Source: Cetorhinus maximus (lineage: Eukaryota). Taken from it: 64,000 nt of DNA. The notes beneath the pieces were generated by a model. The model did no database searches. It worked only from the letters and a program-made list of their open reading frames with translations, and was not told the DNA's origin. A program made the translations under genes and the position numbers. Location: contig NC_135882.1 of NCBI RefSeq assembly GCF_964194155.1, positions 106,640,001 through 106,704,000 on the forward strand, in the 5' to 3' direction. Below, in pieces: positions 38,925 to 52,130 of the stretch. The number at the start of each line of letters is the position of its first letter. The first letter of the stretch is position 1.

Positions 38925-41900
38925 TAGGGGGAGCCAGCATGGATTTCTTATGGGAATATCATGTTTAACTAACTTGCTGGAGTTTTTGGAAGAGGTAGCA
39001 GAGAGGGTTGTTGAGGGTAATGCTTTTGATGCGATGTACATGGAGTTCCAAAAGGTATTCAATACAGTGCCACACAAAAGACTTGTGAGAAAAGTTATAG
39101 CTCATGGAATAAAAGGGGACAGCAGCATTGTGGATACAAAATTGGCTGAGTAATAGGAAACAGCGAGTAATGGTTAATAGGTATTTTTCGGGCTGGAGAT
39201 AGGTTTGCAGTAGCATTCTCTAGGGATCGGTATTGGGGCTCTTGCTTTTCCTGTTGTATTTTAATGGTCTTGGTGCGCAGGGGATAATTTCAAAGTTTGC
39301 AGATGATACAAAACCTGGAAACATTGTAAACTGTGAGGAGGACACTACAGAACTTCAAAAGGACATAGACAAGTTGGTGGGGTACGCAGACAGGTGGCAG
39401 ATGAAGTTCAATGTGGAGAAACGTGAGGTCATTCACTTTGGTGGGAAGAACATGGAGACATAATATAAAATAAGCAGGACAACTCTGAAGGGTGTGCAGG
39501 AGCAGAGGGACCTGGGTGTATATGTGCATAAGTCATTAAAGGTGGCAGGACAGATGGAGAGAGCAGTTTATAAAGTATACAGTGCCCTAGGCATTCTTAC
39601 AGATAATGTCCCAGACACCACCATCACCATTCCTGGGTATGTTCTGTCCCACCAGCAGCACAGACCCAACAGAGGTGGCGGCACAGTGGTATACAGTCGG
39701 GAGGGAGTTGCACTGGGAGTCCTCAACATCGACTCCAGACCCCATGAAGTCTCAAAGCATCAGGTCAAACATGAGCAAGGAAACCTCCTGCTGATTACCA
39801 CGTACCGCCCTCCCTCAGCTGATAAATCAGTATTCCTCCATGTTGAACACCACTTGGAGGAAGCACTGAGGGTGGCAAGGGTGCAGAATGTACCCTGGGT
39901 GGAGGACTTCAATGTCCACCACCAAGAGTGGCTCGGTAGCACCACTGCTGACCGAGCTGGCCGAGTCCTAAAGGACATAGCTGCTAGACTGGGTCTGCGG
40001 CAAGTGGTGAGGGAACCAACAAGAGGGAAAAACATACTTGACCTCATCCTCACCAACCTGTCTGCCGCAGATGCATCTGTCCATGACAGGATCGGTAGGA
40101 GTGACAACCGCACAGTTGTTGTGGAGATGAGGTCCCGGCTTCACATTGAGGATACCCTCCATCGTGTTGTGTGGCACTGCCACCATGCTAAATGGGATAG
40201 ATTTTGAACAGATCTAGCAACTCAAGACTAGGCATCCATGAGGCGCTGTGGGCCACCAGCAGAAGCAGAACTGCACTCAAACATAATCTGTAACCCCATG
40301 GTCCGGCATATCCCCCACTCTACCATTACCATCAAGCCAGGGGATCAACCCTGGTTCAATGAAGAGTGCAGGAGGGCATGTCAGGAGCAGCACCAGGCAT
40401 ACCTAAAAATGAGGCGTCAACCTGCTGAAACTATAACACAGGACTACTTGCATGCCAAACAGCACAAGCAGCAAGTGATAGACAGGACCATGAGATCCCA
40501 CAACCAACAGATCAGATCTAAGCTCTGCAGTATTGCCACATCCTGTCGTGAATGGTGGTGGACAATTAAACAACTCACTGGAGGGGGAGGCTCCACAAAT
40601 ATCATCATCCTCAATGATGGAGGAGCCCAGCACATCATTGCAAAAGATACAGCTGAAGAATTTGCAACAATCTTCAGCCAGAAGTGCCGAGTGGATGATC
40701 CAACTCGGCCTCCTTCCGAGGACCCCAGATTCACAGATGCCAGTCTTCAGCCAATTCGATTCACTCCATGTGATATCAAGAAACGGCCGAAGGCACTTAG
40801 TACTGCGAAGGCTATGGGCCATGACAATATTCCGTCAATAGTACTGAAGACTTGTGCTCCAGAACTTGCTGCACCCCTAGTCAAGCTGTTCCAGTACAGC
40901 TACAACACTGGCATCTACCCGGCTATGTGGAAAATTGCCCAGCTATGTCCGGTACACAAAAAGCAGGACAAATCTAACCCGGCCAATTACCGCCCCATCA
41001 GTCTACTCTCCATCATGAGTAAAGTAATGGAAGGAGTCATCAACAGTGCTATCGAGTGGCACTTGCTTAGCAATAACCTGCTCACTGACACCCAGTCTGG
41101 GAACCGCCAGGGCCACTCAGCTCCTGATCTCATTACAGCCTTGATTCAAACATGGACAAAAGAGCTGAACTCCCGAGGTGAGGTGAGAGTGACTGCCCTT
41201 GACATCAAGGCACCATTTCACCGAGTGTGGCATCAAGGAGCCCTAACAAAACTGGAGTCAATGGGAATCAGGGGGAAAACTCTCCGCTGGTTGGAGTCAT
41301 ACCGAGCACAAAGGAAGATGGTAGTGCTTGCTGGAGGTCAGTCTTCTCAGCTCCAGGACATCACTGCTGGAGTTCCTCAGGGTAGTGTCCTAGGCCCAAC
41401 CATCTTCAGCTGCTTCATCAATGACCTTCCTTCCATCATAAGGTCAGAAGTGGGGATGTTCGCTGATGATTGCACACTGTTCAGCACCATTTGCGACTCC
41501 TCAGATACTGAGCAGTCTATGTCCAAATGCACCAAGACCTGAACAATATCCAGGCTTGGGCTGACAAGTGGCAAGTAACATTCGAACCACACGTGTCAGG
41601 TAATGACCATCTTCAACAAGAGCGAATCCAACCATCGTCCTTTGATGTTCAATTGCATTGCCATCACTGAGTTCCCCACTATCAACATCCTAGGGGTTGC
41701 CATTGACCAGAAACTGAACTGGACTAGCCATATAAATACTGTGGCTACAAGAACAGGTCAGAAGCTAGGAATAGTGCGACGAGTAACCCACCATCTGACT
41801 CCCCAAAGCCTGTCCACCATCTACAAGGCACATATCAGGAGTGTGATGGAATACTTCCCACTTGCCTGGATGAGTGCAGCTCCCACAACACTCAAGAAGC

Positions 41901-42915
41901 TTGACACCATCCAGGACAAAGCAGCCCGCTTGATTGGCACCACAGCCACAAACATTCACTCCCTCCACCACCGATGCACAGTAGCAGCAGTGTGTACCAT
42001 CTACAAGATGCACTTCAGGAATTCACCAAGGCTCCTATGACAACACCTTCCAAACCCATGACCACTACCATCTAGAAGGACAAGGGCAGCACTGACCATC
42101 CTGACTTGGAAATATATTGCCACCCCTTCATTGTTGCTGGGTCAAAATCCTGGAACTCCTTTCCTAACTGCACTGTGGGTGTACTCACACCACATGGACT
42201 GAGCGATTCAGGAAGACAATTCACCGTCTTCTCAAGGGCAGCTAGGGATGCGCAACAGATGCTGGCCCAGCCAGTGAAGCCTATGTCTCATGAATGAATA
42301 AAAAAAAGAGCACAAGAGCAAGGAGGTTATGCTGAACTTGTATAAGACACTAGTTAGACCTCAGCTGGAGTATTGTGTACAGTTCTGGGCACCACACTTT
42401 CAGAAGGATGTGAACGCATTGCAGAGAGTGCAGAAGAAATCCAAAAATGGTTCCAGGGATGAGAAACTTCAGTTGTGAAGATAGATTGGAGATGTTGAGA
42501 CTGTTCTCCTTGGAGAGGAGAAGGGTAAGAGGAGATTTGATAGAGGTGTTCAAAAATCATGAGGGGACTGGACAGAGTAGATAGGGAGAAGCTGTTCCTG
42601 ATCATAAAAGGATCAAGAATGAGAGGGCATTGATTTAAAGTGATTTGCAAAAGAAACAAATGTGACGTGAGAAAGATCTTTTTCACACAGCGAGTGGCTC
42701 TGCTCTGGAATGCACTGCCTGGAAGTGCGGTGGAGGCAGATTCAATCAAGGCATTCAAGAGGGCATTTGATGATTATTTAAATAGACACAATGTGCGGGG
42801 TTACGGGGAAAAGGCAGGAAAATGGCAATGAGTCATAATGCTTATTCTGAAAGCCGGTGCAGACACGATGGGTCAAATGGCCTCTTTCTGTACTGTAACA
42901 ATTCTGTGATTCTGA
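38925..42915 (+). mobile_element. CR1 RT/3' fragment split by LINE-A
   Basis: SQHGFLMGISCLTNLLEF, SKFADDTK, resumes at 42308, tail aattctgtgattct. Confidence 0.85.
39595..42307 (+). mobile_element. LINE-A, slightly 5'-truncated, few disabling mutations
   Basis: ORFs 39494-40207, 40238-41542 and 41603-42040 give EN (YRPP, DFN, LDLILT) and RT (GVPQGSVLGP, FADD); poly-A at ~42300. Confidence 0.93.
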
Positions 42916-42971
42916 GAGTATCTACTCTAGCCTTCAAACTGCACTTGGTTAGATGTCCAGAGACAGAAGAA

Positions 42972-43145
42972 TAATGTCCCCTCTAAGCTGTGCGTGGCTG
43001 CGCAGCAACCCAGAACACACTATTAATGGAACAGGCATACAATCAATGTCTCCTTTAAGATGTGCACAAGTACTGCCATGTGGCAAGCTTAAAGGGATCA
43101 TGCAACGAAGTCATGCACAGCAAAGACAAATTAGAGGAAACACTA
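42972..43145. mobile_element. Small hAT-like MITE
   Basis: TIRs taatgtcccctctaa / ttagaggaaacacta (12/15 match). Confidence 0.5.
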
Positions 43146-43584
43146 CGTAAGATGCAAGTCCTGAAAACACTGGTACTCACAGTTATATTCATAATAATCA
43201 AACTGCTTGAGGTTTTAAAATGATTGAATTTATCTAAATGAATATTGCTCAATATTCCTTTTTCGACCTTAGCACAGAGTTAATTGAGCCTGGATAAAAT
43301 GCTTTTCTGCATTTTGTAATGTTGTTGTTCAGTTCACTATTGTGGCTGTCATTTTTAAAGATATGTTTAACAAGAGTAAGCAGTAGGACTAAGCCCACAG
43401 TGTTAGTGTCACAATGTGTTCAGTGTTGATTGAAGTTTTAAATATAGAAGAGCATCATGGTTATGATCGTGTTGTCAAAATACCAAGAGTATAATGATAT
43501 AATCAATGACACAAAGACACTCCACTGACATCCATCTAAACTGTTTCAATATGGTGTCTTAATCTCCAAAAAAGCACAACTTTA

Positions 43585-43870
43585 TTTTTTTAATTAATTT
43601 TTGGAATGTGGGCATTTCTGGTTGGGCTGGCATTCATTATCCATCCCTAAATACCCTTGAGAAGATGGTGCTGAGTCACCTTCTTGAACAGCTGCAGTTC
43701 CGCTGGTAAAGGTGCTCCCACAATGCTGTTAGGTAGGGAGTTTAAGGATTTTGACCTAGCAACAATGAAAGGACAATAATATATGTTCAAGTCAGGATGG
43801 TACAGATGATGTGAAAATGTTTCCATGCATCTGTTGCCCTCGTCCTTCTAGATAGTGGAGGTCATGGGTT
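43585..43870 (-). mobile_element. LINE-A 3' tail fragment
   Basis: ggaatgtgggcatt...ccatccctaaatacccttgagaagatggtg. Confidence 0.8.
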
Positions 43871-45702
43871 ACTATAGTACACTGATGGAGGGATTGGATA
43901 TTTAAGCTGGTGGGCTGTCTTGGTGTGGGAGACCTTGAATGACAGAGCATAGAACATTGGATAAGATAGAAAACTGGGTTCAGAGTATTGTGAGGTGGAA
44001 TCCCTGAGATTGGGAACAGCGAAAAGCTGTTTGAGGGCTGTGGCCGAGAAGCACATTGACAGGGATTTAGGGGCTGATTAGTAATAATAAGTATGGGGAA
44101 AGGCTCAGGTAGGAGTGGCAAGATATATCACGATGGAGAGGGGAGAGCTATCTATAGTCCTCATTTTTTATAGCAGGTGTGCTCACAAAAACACGATTTG
44201 CTTATTATTTGCGATGGCCAGCGTATTGGCTTAGATCTTTATAATCAACAAGTCAAATTTGAATTTCAGAAATTAATTACCATCAGCTCTGGGATTTGAG
44301 TTCAGATCTTCACCTCTTCTCTTTCTTACTGAGGTGACTCTCTGAAGTAACAGTCAGGAAATGACCACTTGCAGCCAGTCTCTCCACTTCTCTCCTGCTC
44401 CCAGTCAGAATTTGCAATTGGTGATCAGAAGAGGATTTGTGAGCTTCTTTATTGTGAATTGTGGAACATATTCCTGGCTATATACAGGCTATGTGAGGTG
44501 AAAGCTTGTAGCTTTATTCACCTATGGAGAGTGGTCAGTTTGGCCACTTCAGCAGGTACTGTAAATACAGCTTGAGTTTAAGCAGACTATCACTTGTTTA
44601 ATGCTTGGGGCTGCCTGAAAGGACTTAATGACAGATAATCTCATTCAAACAGCTGCTTAAACTGCCTGAAATAGCTGAACCAGTAAACACAGTTTAAGTG
44701 ATGCTTTTGTATTTGACATCTGGTCTAAGGACAAATGGTTAAGCCCCATTTGCCTGATAGAGACGCCGATCCAGGATAAATGGGGACAGTGTAGGTGGTG
44801 GGTACATGGTAAGAAGCGAGATGAATAAGGAGAGAAAAATAAGGCCCTTGGGACAGGAGAGTGGGAGCAGCAAGAGATGATAGCCAGGGAAACGTGAAAA
44901 AAATAGGTGCCCAGGATAGATGGATAGGGCACTATACAACCAGGAGGAGAAAGACAAGGAAATACCTGGTTAAGTGCTGGGACCACTTGGTGGGGGCTGG
45001 AGCTGAGCCAGGTGAGGCAAGAGGCCAAGTACATATCAGGCAGTGTCACCTTCACTGGAAGTGAGAAGGAGCTGAGAAGACTCAAAGGTAGGTTTATATT
45101 GGTATAGTTTAGATGAAAGGGGCAATTATGGTAAAAAGGACATAAAAAGAAGTAATAAGGGTGTCTAAAGATCTGTGCATGTTCTTTATAGATAGACAGA
45201 TTCCCTACATAAATCATGAAAAGCGGCATGCACAGTGCACAGCCAAAAAGTATTTATTTTGATCATTTGTCCAATGTGAAGCTGTGCACCTGATTCCCTG
45301 GATCAGAGAATGATACCTTAAGTATTAGAAATCATCATTTTAAGCTACAGAGGCTATAAAGTAAACTTCAGAAACAGCCTTGTTATTTGTAGATTTAGTA
45401 ACTTATGCCAGTGCATTGCATTCTACCTTGGATGAAGCACAGAGAAGGAAGCTAGATATATCCCCTATCTATATCCCCTATCTAAGTAACAAAGTGATGC
45501 TACTGAATGCCAAAATACGGTCTGGCTAATGGAGCATGATGAATAACTTTCTTGTTCGAGTGTATGTGGTGCCTTGGAAATATGTCCCTATTTGTACCTC
45601 ATTTACAATAATCATTTTCAGAGATAGTCTGGACAAAATACATAGGCACAAAACACGTTGAACATTTGAATCAGCTATGTGGGAACTTTCCTTGGTACTC
45701 AC

Positions 45703-45829
45703 ATAATATGGCACGGCTCATTCCTATCCTTGAGGCAGTATCCTTCTTCCCACTTCTTCTTTGTTGGAAAGGTTGTTGTCACAAATTTAGCACCTGCATG
45801 TGTGTTCTTTACTCCACACCATGGTGCAT
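45703..45829 (-). CDS. TATDN1: TATDN1 penultimate coding exon (127 nt)
   Basis: aag|...|gtgagt; (D)[41 protein letters not shown](I). Confidence 0.95.
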
Positions 45830-46179
45830 CTTTTCAAATATAAATAAATAATTGCATGAAAGGTTTTGAAGAGCTACAACAAAACAGACATCTGCTCTGA
45901 AGAAGATCCTCTCAGTAAATTTCTAAACCAGACACTTAATTAAAAGAAAAGTTTTAGTGGAAAAATCTTTTTATTTATTGGGTCTGGTTTAAAACCTACT
46001 GTAAGCTTTCTCTGCTAGCAATAAAGATAATATATGAAGTGAGTTTGCCTTTAATTCAGCCAGAAGGATGCAGCAGCAGGTGCCTTTTCACGGTTGGAGT
46101 TCAGGCTGTTTGTTGGGGCTGTTCTGAAAGAGCTCTGCACTCCATCCAATCCTTAATATACATGACCTAAGAATACTCA

Positions 46180-46920
46180 TAAGAAATAAGAGGAGTAAGC
46201 CATACAGCCCATTGACCATGCTCTGCAACTCAAAAAGATCATGGCTAATCTTCTACCTCCACTTTCCCACCTCATCCCCATAACTCTTAATTCCTCTAGT
46301 GTCCAAAAATTTATTGATCCCAGTCTCGAATATATTCAAGAGCTGAACATCCATAGCTATTTGGGGTAAAGAATTCCAACCCTCTGAGTGAAGAAATTTC
46401 CCCTCTCAGTCCTAAATGGCTTCTCCTTTATCCTGAGATTGTAGCTGTACAACATGGACAGCAGCGGTTTAAGAAGACCGCTCACCACCACCACCTCAAA
46501 AGCAGTTAGGGACCGGCAATAAATGCTAGCCTAACCAGTGACGCCCACATCCGGTGAACAGAATAAAAACTATGATCCTCCAATTCTAGACTCCCAGCCT
46601 GGGGAAGCAGTCTCTCAGAACCTACCCTGTCAAGCCCTTTTAAGATTTTTACAGATTTCATTGAGATCACCTCTCATTCCTCTAGACTTCAGAGAGTATA
46701 GGTTCATTCTACTCAAGCTCTCCTCATAGGCAATTCTCTCATCCCAGGAATCATCCTACTGAACTTTTGTTAAACCCCCTCTTAGGCAAATATATCCTTC
46801 CTTAAGTAAGCAGACCAAAACTGTAAAAATACGCCAGGTGTACCCTCACTAAAGCCCAATATAATAGCAACAAGACTTGCTTTTAAGTTCCAACCACCTT
46901 GCAATAAAGATCAACATACT
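46180..46920 (-). mobile_element. CR1 3' fragment with a nested LINE-A tail (+, ~46447-46570)
   Basis: CR1 tail at 46180; inserted ggacagcagcggtttaagaag...aataaatgctagcc. Confidence 0.75.
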
Positions 46921-47189
46921 GATATCCCGTCTTAATAAGCCCAAAACATTCACCAAACATTTAAAACCCAATCTTTGCCAATAGTTCAGACAATGAGGGA
47001 ACATGAGCTGTACAATTTAGAAAGCACCCCGAGTCTCTCGCTAATCTGCTTAGTTATCCAATTTCACTCAAGAAACAACAACTGAGCACAAGTGGACTCT
47101 GTAATTCTCAATGAGAGAAGAAAAATATAGTCATGGTCTTCAACACTGATCATTTCTAATGATCCTTGCTATAAAGTGCAAGGTAGATA

Positions 47190-47560
47190 AGAGCAGAGTG
47201 TGGTTCAGATGTTGTGACCACCTTATCCCTGTGCCTTCTTTGGAAGGTTCCAGGTTTGATCCCCAACCTTTACTGAGTTATTTCAGCGGTGACAATTCTA
47301 GGAAGCTGCAAATAACCTCAATAAGCCAGACAACAAAGAAGTGTCCTAGAGGGGTGGGGAGTGTGGGTGGAAGACTGTAGAAATCACTGGGCTTCTGTTC
47401 ACACATGTTATCCAACAGTCCCCGTTGGAAGTACAGGTATCTTGGAAGAGGACAGGATTGTAATGCTCCTGTGGTTGAACTGTATGCTGATGCTTATTTT
47501 CTCAGCTAACACTTGGGTGAAGTGAAGTTCTAAAGGCTTTATGGCATAGAGCTTCACCCC
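47190..47560 (+). mobile_element. Old tRNA-SINE-like repeat (possible related copies ~18500-18790 and ~20080-20300, minus)
   Basis: Box B-like ggtttgatccc; gaggacaggattg resembles the reverse of caattttgtcctt at ~20131. Confidence 0.4.
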
Positions 47561-48295
47561 ATTCAAGAATCAAAACATGAGAAGACCGAGAGAAAACAGG
47601 CAAGAAAAATGCAAGTGTTATGGTATCGTCCAAGTGACCAAACTGTATGAACACAGGAAATGTACTTTGCAACTATCACCACAGTAAGGATACAGTAACT
47701 TTAGTTTAAAACAAAGTAAGCAGCACATGTCAGTCTTCTGCATATCCAGCAGTTAAATGCCATAAAGTAAATGAATATTAGCCACTGTGTTGTGTGACAA
47801 CTCTGCTGTAGCTATGACTGTAAATAAAAACCATTTATGAACATGATCAGCTTGCCATCAAAATTTTACCTATTTCATTATAAAGTATCAAATACTTTTT
47901 ACTCAGTTTTATAGACAGACTGCATGCAGTCAAAGCCTGAAGCAAATTACAGGATTATAATATATAAAGTCTAATTTAAAAAGAATGCATGGTCCAGAAG
48001 GACCTAGCCTGTTCGCCACTGCAGTCATATAAAATAGCAGACTAGACACTGTCTCACAGAAGAGTGTGTCACCGCAGTGTATCTACATAATCCGCTACAT
48101 AGTGCTGCTCTGAGCATCTGGAGCCATTTTTATTCATTCAGTCTAGTGGAAGCAGTCAACTTGGATCACGGCAGGTAAACAAATATGTCAGCTAATTTTT
48201 GCACTCAGCTCTCTAAATAGAAATTCAGCATTCTACTGCTGGTCTATCCTTTATCCAAACTTTACATCTTGGGTAACTCTAGAAATATAACTTAC

Positions 48296-48366
48296 CAGTC
48301 TCTATCATCAGCCTTTCACTCGGGATAGATTTCATGGCTTCAAGATTGGATTCCGTTTTTAAGGAG
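48296..48366 (-). CDS. TATDN1: TATDN1 internal coding exon (71 nt)
   Basis: ttctttcag|...|gtaagt; SLKTESNLEAMKSIPSERLMIET(D); the TatD ETD motif is completed by the next exon. Confidence 0.95.
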
Positions 48367-49844
48367 CTGAAAGAATCAAATTTGCACTTAATACATGTAG
48401 TATTAAGAACTGCAAGTCTATTATTCATTTAAGAATATGATAGATTTTAATTTTAACTGGGATAATGTTTCAAATTATTTAATGAATGCTATACATCAAT
48501 ACAATTAACAGTGATGGTCCTTAAACTCCTCCCCTAGCCTTCCTCTATTTTTAGAAATAGCGCATGCTCTCTATCAAATCAACTCAATCAATATTCTGCT
48601 TGAATTTTCCCAGTCACTCATTCAGTCAATTATTCACAATAAATATACCTACCAACTTGAGCTACAAAAGGAATTGTCATTTAAGGAACAGAAGCAGTCA
48701 TGACAATGTATATCTTAGTATTTCAATTGCTTCTCCCATTAAAGAAGTTTTTTTAATTAAAAAGTAAAACTGGAAGAAAATTTGAGCTCCACACAAAGTA
48801 AAAGGTTTGTCTTTGTTAATCTGTGATCGACTCAATTTATTCATTAAGTGAAAGATCCTGATTATCTTTGTATTTAAAATTTCTGATCTTTTCACAAGAG
48901 AATAAGTTCTGATTATAACAGTCTATTCAGCTGTAAATTACTGTTCCCATCTACATTTATTATACTCGCTGCTGCCAGCAAAATTTAGAATCACCAACTC
49001 AGACTTTATTTATTAAATTATATATCTTTTAATGCTTTGCATTTACTGTAATGAAAACTGTATCCAAGTATTAAAGCTGCAAATATTGAACATCTTAAAT
49101 CTTAAAGGTGTTAACTTAGGACTTTCAGAAATACTGACATCATCATTCTGTCTTAAATCTACCAGTCTGGAGGATGATGAGTTGAAAAATTCACTTTAAT
49201 TTTGAAACATCAGCTAAGATGGATTAGGTAGGGGGTGAGAAAGTTTTTTCTTTAATCTTCAGAGCCAGAGGAGAAATGGATATAGGTCTGGGATGGCTGC
49301 GATGAGAAAAATTGTTGAAAAATGATTCCATTAAACCCTTCAGAACTTGTGATGAACCATTTGAAACAATATAATAAGGCTACTGGCATAATAGCAGATT
49401 TTGCAAGACAAAGAGATAATTTCTCTCAGCACAATTCTCATCCTGCCACAAGTAAACAACTTGGTGAAAAAATAGCCAATCAAATGCCTATTACCATTGA
49501 AATTTTGTTTGATTTTTCTGCAGAAATGCTGCTACTCCAATCCTCAAACTTTAATCATGCAACAATATTTCCTGTTAAGGATCTACTTGCTTGAAATATT
49601 AGTAATTATAAACTGACAAGAGTATTTAGTCATCCTGTAGTTTCTCAGTATTGGTCCCATGACAATGGCAGTTAGTCCAGTTTCTAATTACTGACCTGTT
49701 CCAATGTTAATTACCCTCATTCAGAACAATCAGTTAAAAAAAAACCCAAGGGACAAAAGACAGCAAACACACAATAAGGGGTACTTCTAGTAGTTTAATA
49801 AAAAATTTAAAACGTAGCAGATCACTTTGATATTACTCATGTAA

Positions 49845-50650
49845 CTCAGTGGATATATTGCTTCAGTCCAATTAAACTGAAAAAAACTAAAGCCATTGTC
49901 TTTGGTCCTCGCCATAAACTCCATTCCCTAGCAACCAACACCATCCCTCTCCCTTGTTACAGTCCGAGGCAGAACCAGATCATTCACAACATTGTGTCCT
50001 ATTGATCCTAGGGTAAGCTTCCAACCACACATTTGTTCCAACACCATGACCGCCTATTTCCGCCCCCATAACATCGCCTGATTCCAACCCTGCTCATCTG
50101 CTGCTAAAACGTTCATCCATGCCTTTGTTAACTCCAGACTTGACTATTCCAATGCTCCCACCTTGCAGCCTATCTAAAATTAAGTTAATCCAAAGCTCAG
50201 ATGTCTGTAGCCTAACTCACACCAAAGCCTGTTTACCCATCAGCCCTGCACTCGCTGACATATACTGGCTTCTGATCTCATCTTCAATTCCTCCATCGTG
50301 CTCTAATACCCCTAGTCATCACTGTAACTTCCTCCAGCCCTACAAGCTCTGTGCTCCTCCAATTCTGACCTCTTGTACATCTCAGATTTTAATCGCTCCA
50401 CTATTGGTAGTCACGTCTTCAGCTGCCTAGGTCCAAAGCTTTGGAATTCCCTCCCTAAATCTCTCAGGCTCTTTTTCCTCCTTTAAGATGCTCCTTAAAA
50501 CCTACCTCTTTAACCAAGCTTTTGGTCACCTGTCCTAATATCCCCTTACATGGTTTGGTGTCGAATTTTGTTAGGCAACACTCCCGTGAAAAGCCTTGAG
50601 ACAGGTAACTATGTTAAAGGTGCTATATAAATGTAAGTTGCTGTTATTGA
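49845..50650 (+). mobile_element. L2 LINE 3' fragment
   Basis: IHAFVNSRLDYSNA motif; end aaggtgctatataaatgtaagttgctgtt. Confidence 0.8.
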
Positions 50651-50899
50651 TAGCACTCATTATTATAAAGCAGCCTATGAGGAAAATGTGATAAAGTGTT
50701 ATAGGATGTAAATGCAACATAGGAAACATTAAAAATGTGTAAAACATTAAAAATCTTGCATATAATGCAATCAGATCTCCTGTGATGTTGCTTATGGCAT
50801 GTCAAAGGATGCAATGTTATAGGACATGGTGGAGCAATAATTTTGTCTGGTGGACACAGCCTGCAACTACAGTGCCACCAGAATCTATTTATAAAGGAT

Positions 50900-52130
50900 T
50901 TTTATTTACCCTATGCCAATTTGCTTGTGTGTCAGGTAATAATTCAGAGATTATTACCTTTGAGGTTCTGCTTTTTAGTTTAGTTCCTAGTTACTCATGC
51001 TCCCTATGCAGAACCTCTTTCTTAATCCTACCTATGTCATTGGTAACCACCTGGTCCACAACTGGATCCTCCCCCTCCCACTGCAAGTTCCTCTCCAGCC
51101 CCGAGCAAATATTCTGAACCCTGGCACTGGGCAGTCAACAGAGCCTTCTGGACTCTCACGCTTGGCTGCAGAGAACTGTCTATCGCCCTGGCTATACTGT
51201 CGCCTACTACCACAACATTCAGTAGTAGGGAAAATACTGGAGTCTATTATAAAGGATGGATAACTGGAAAATAAATGATAAGATCGGGCAGAGTCAACAT
51301 GGATTCATGAAAAGGAAATCATGTTTGACAAATCTGTTACAGGTTTTTGAGGAGGCAACTAGAAGAATAGATAAAGAGAGAATCAGTGGATGTGGTTTAT
51401 TTGGATTTCAATAAGGCTCCACACAAGACATTAGTAAGCAAAGTGGGATTGGAGGTAATATACTGACGTGGATTGAAGATTGGTTATCAGACACAAAACA
51501 GAGTAGGAGTAAACAGGTCATTCTCAGGATGGCAGGCTGTTACTAGTTGTGTACAACAAGGATCAGTGCTTGGGCCCCAGATATTCGCAATCTATATCTA
51601 TGATTAGGATATGGGGACCAAATGTAATATTTCCAAGTTTGTTGGTGACACAAACCTTAGTAGGAGTGTGGGTTGTGAGGAGGATGCAAAGAGGCTTTAA
51701 GGGGATTTAGACAGGCTAAGTGAGAGGGCAAGAACATTGCAAATGGAAATACAATGTAGAAAAATGTGAAGTTATCCACTTTGGTAGGAAAAACAGAAAT
51801 GTAGAGTATTTCTTAAATGGTGAGAGATTGGGAAGAGTTGTTGTCCAAAGGGACCTGGGATGTCCTTGTTCACAAGTCATTGAAAACGAACATGCAGGTG
51901 CAGCAAGCAATTAGAAAGGCAAATGGTATGTTGGTCTTTATTGTAAGAGGATTTGAGTACAGGAGTAAAGAAGTGTTGCTGCAGTTGTACAGAGCCTTGG
52001 TGAGACTGCATCTGGAGAAGTGTGTGTAATTTTGGTCTCCTCACCCTAGGAAGGATATATTTGCCTGATAGGGAGTGCACCGAAGGTTCACCAGACTGAT
52101 TTCTGGGATGGCTGGATTGTCCAGGATTGT
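50900..52130. mobile_element. CR1 pieces: inverted ORF1 segment (50900-51218, -) joined to an RT segment (51220-52130, +)
   Basis: Minus part matches 52230-52550; plus part has SVVGKILESIIKD and QSQHGF. Confidence 0.75.

Noticed and set aside
39494-40207. 237-aa ORF as a novel fusion gene
   Set aside because: Chance in-frame junction of host CR1 and inserted LINE-A, with a GTG start
44657-45229. 190-aa minus-strand ORF
   Set aside because: No recognisable domain or splice support
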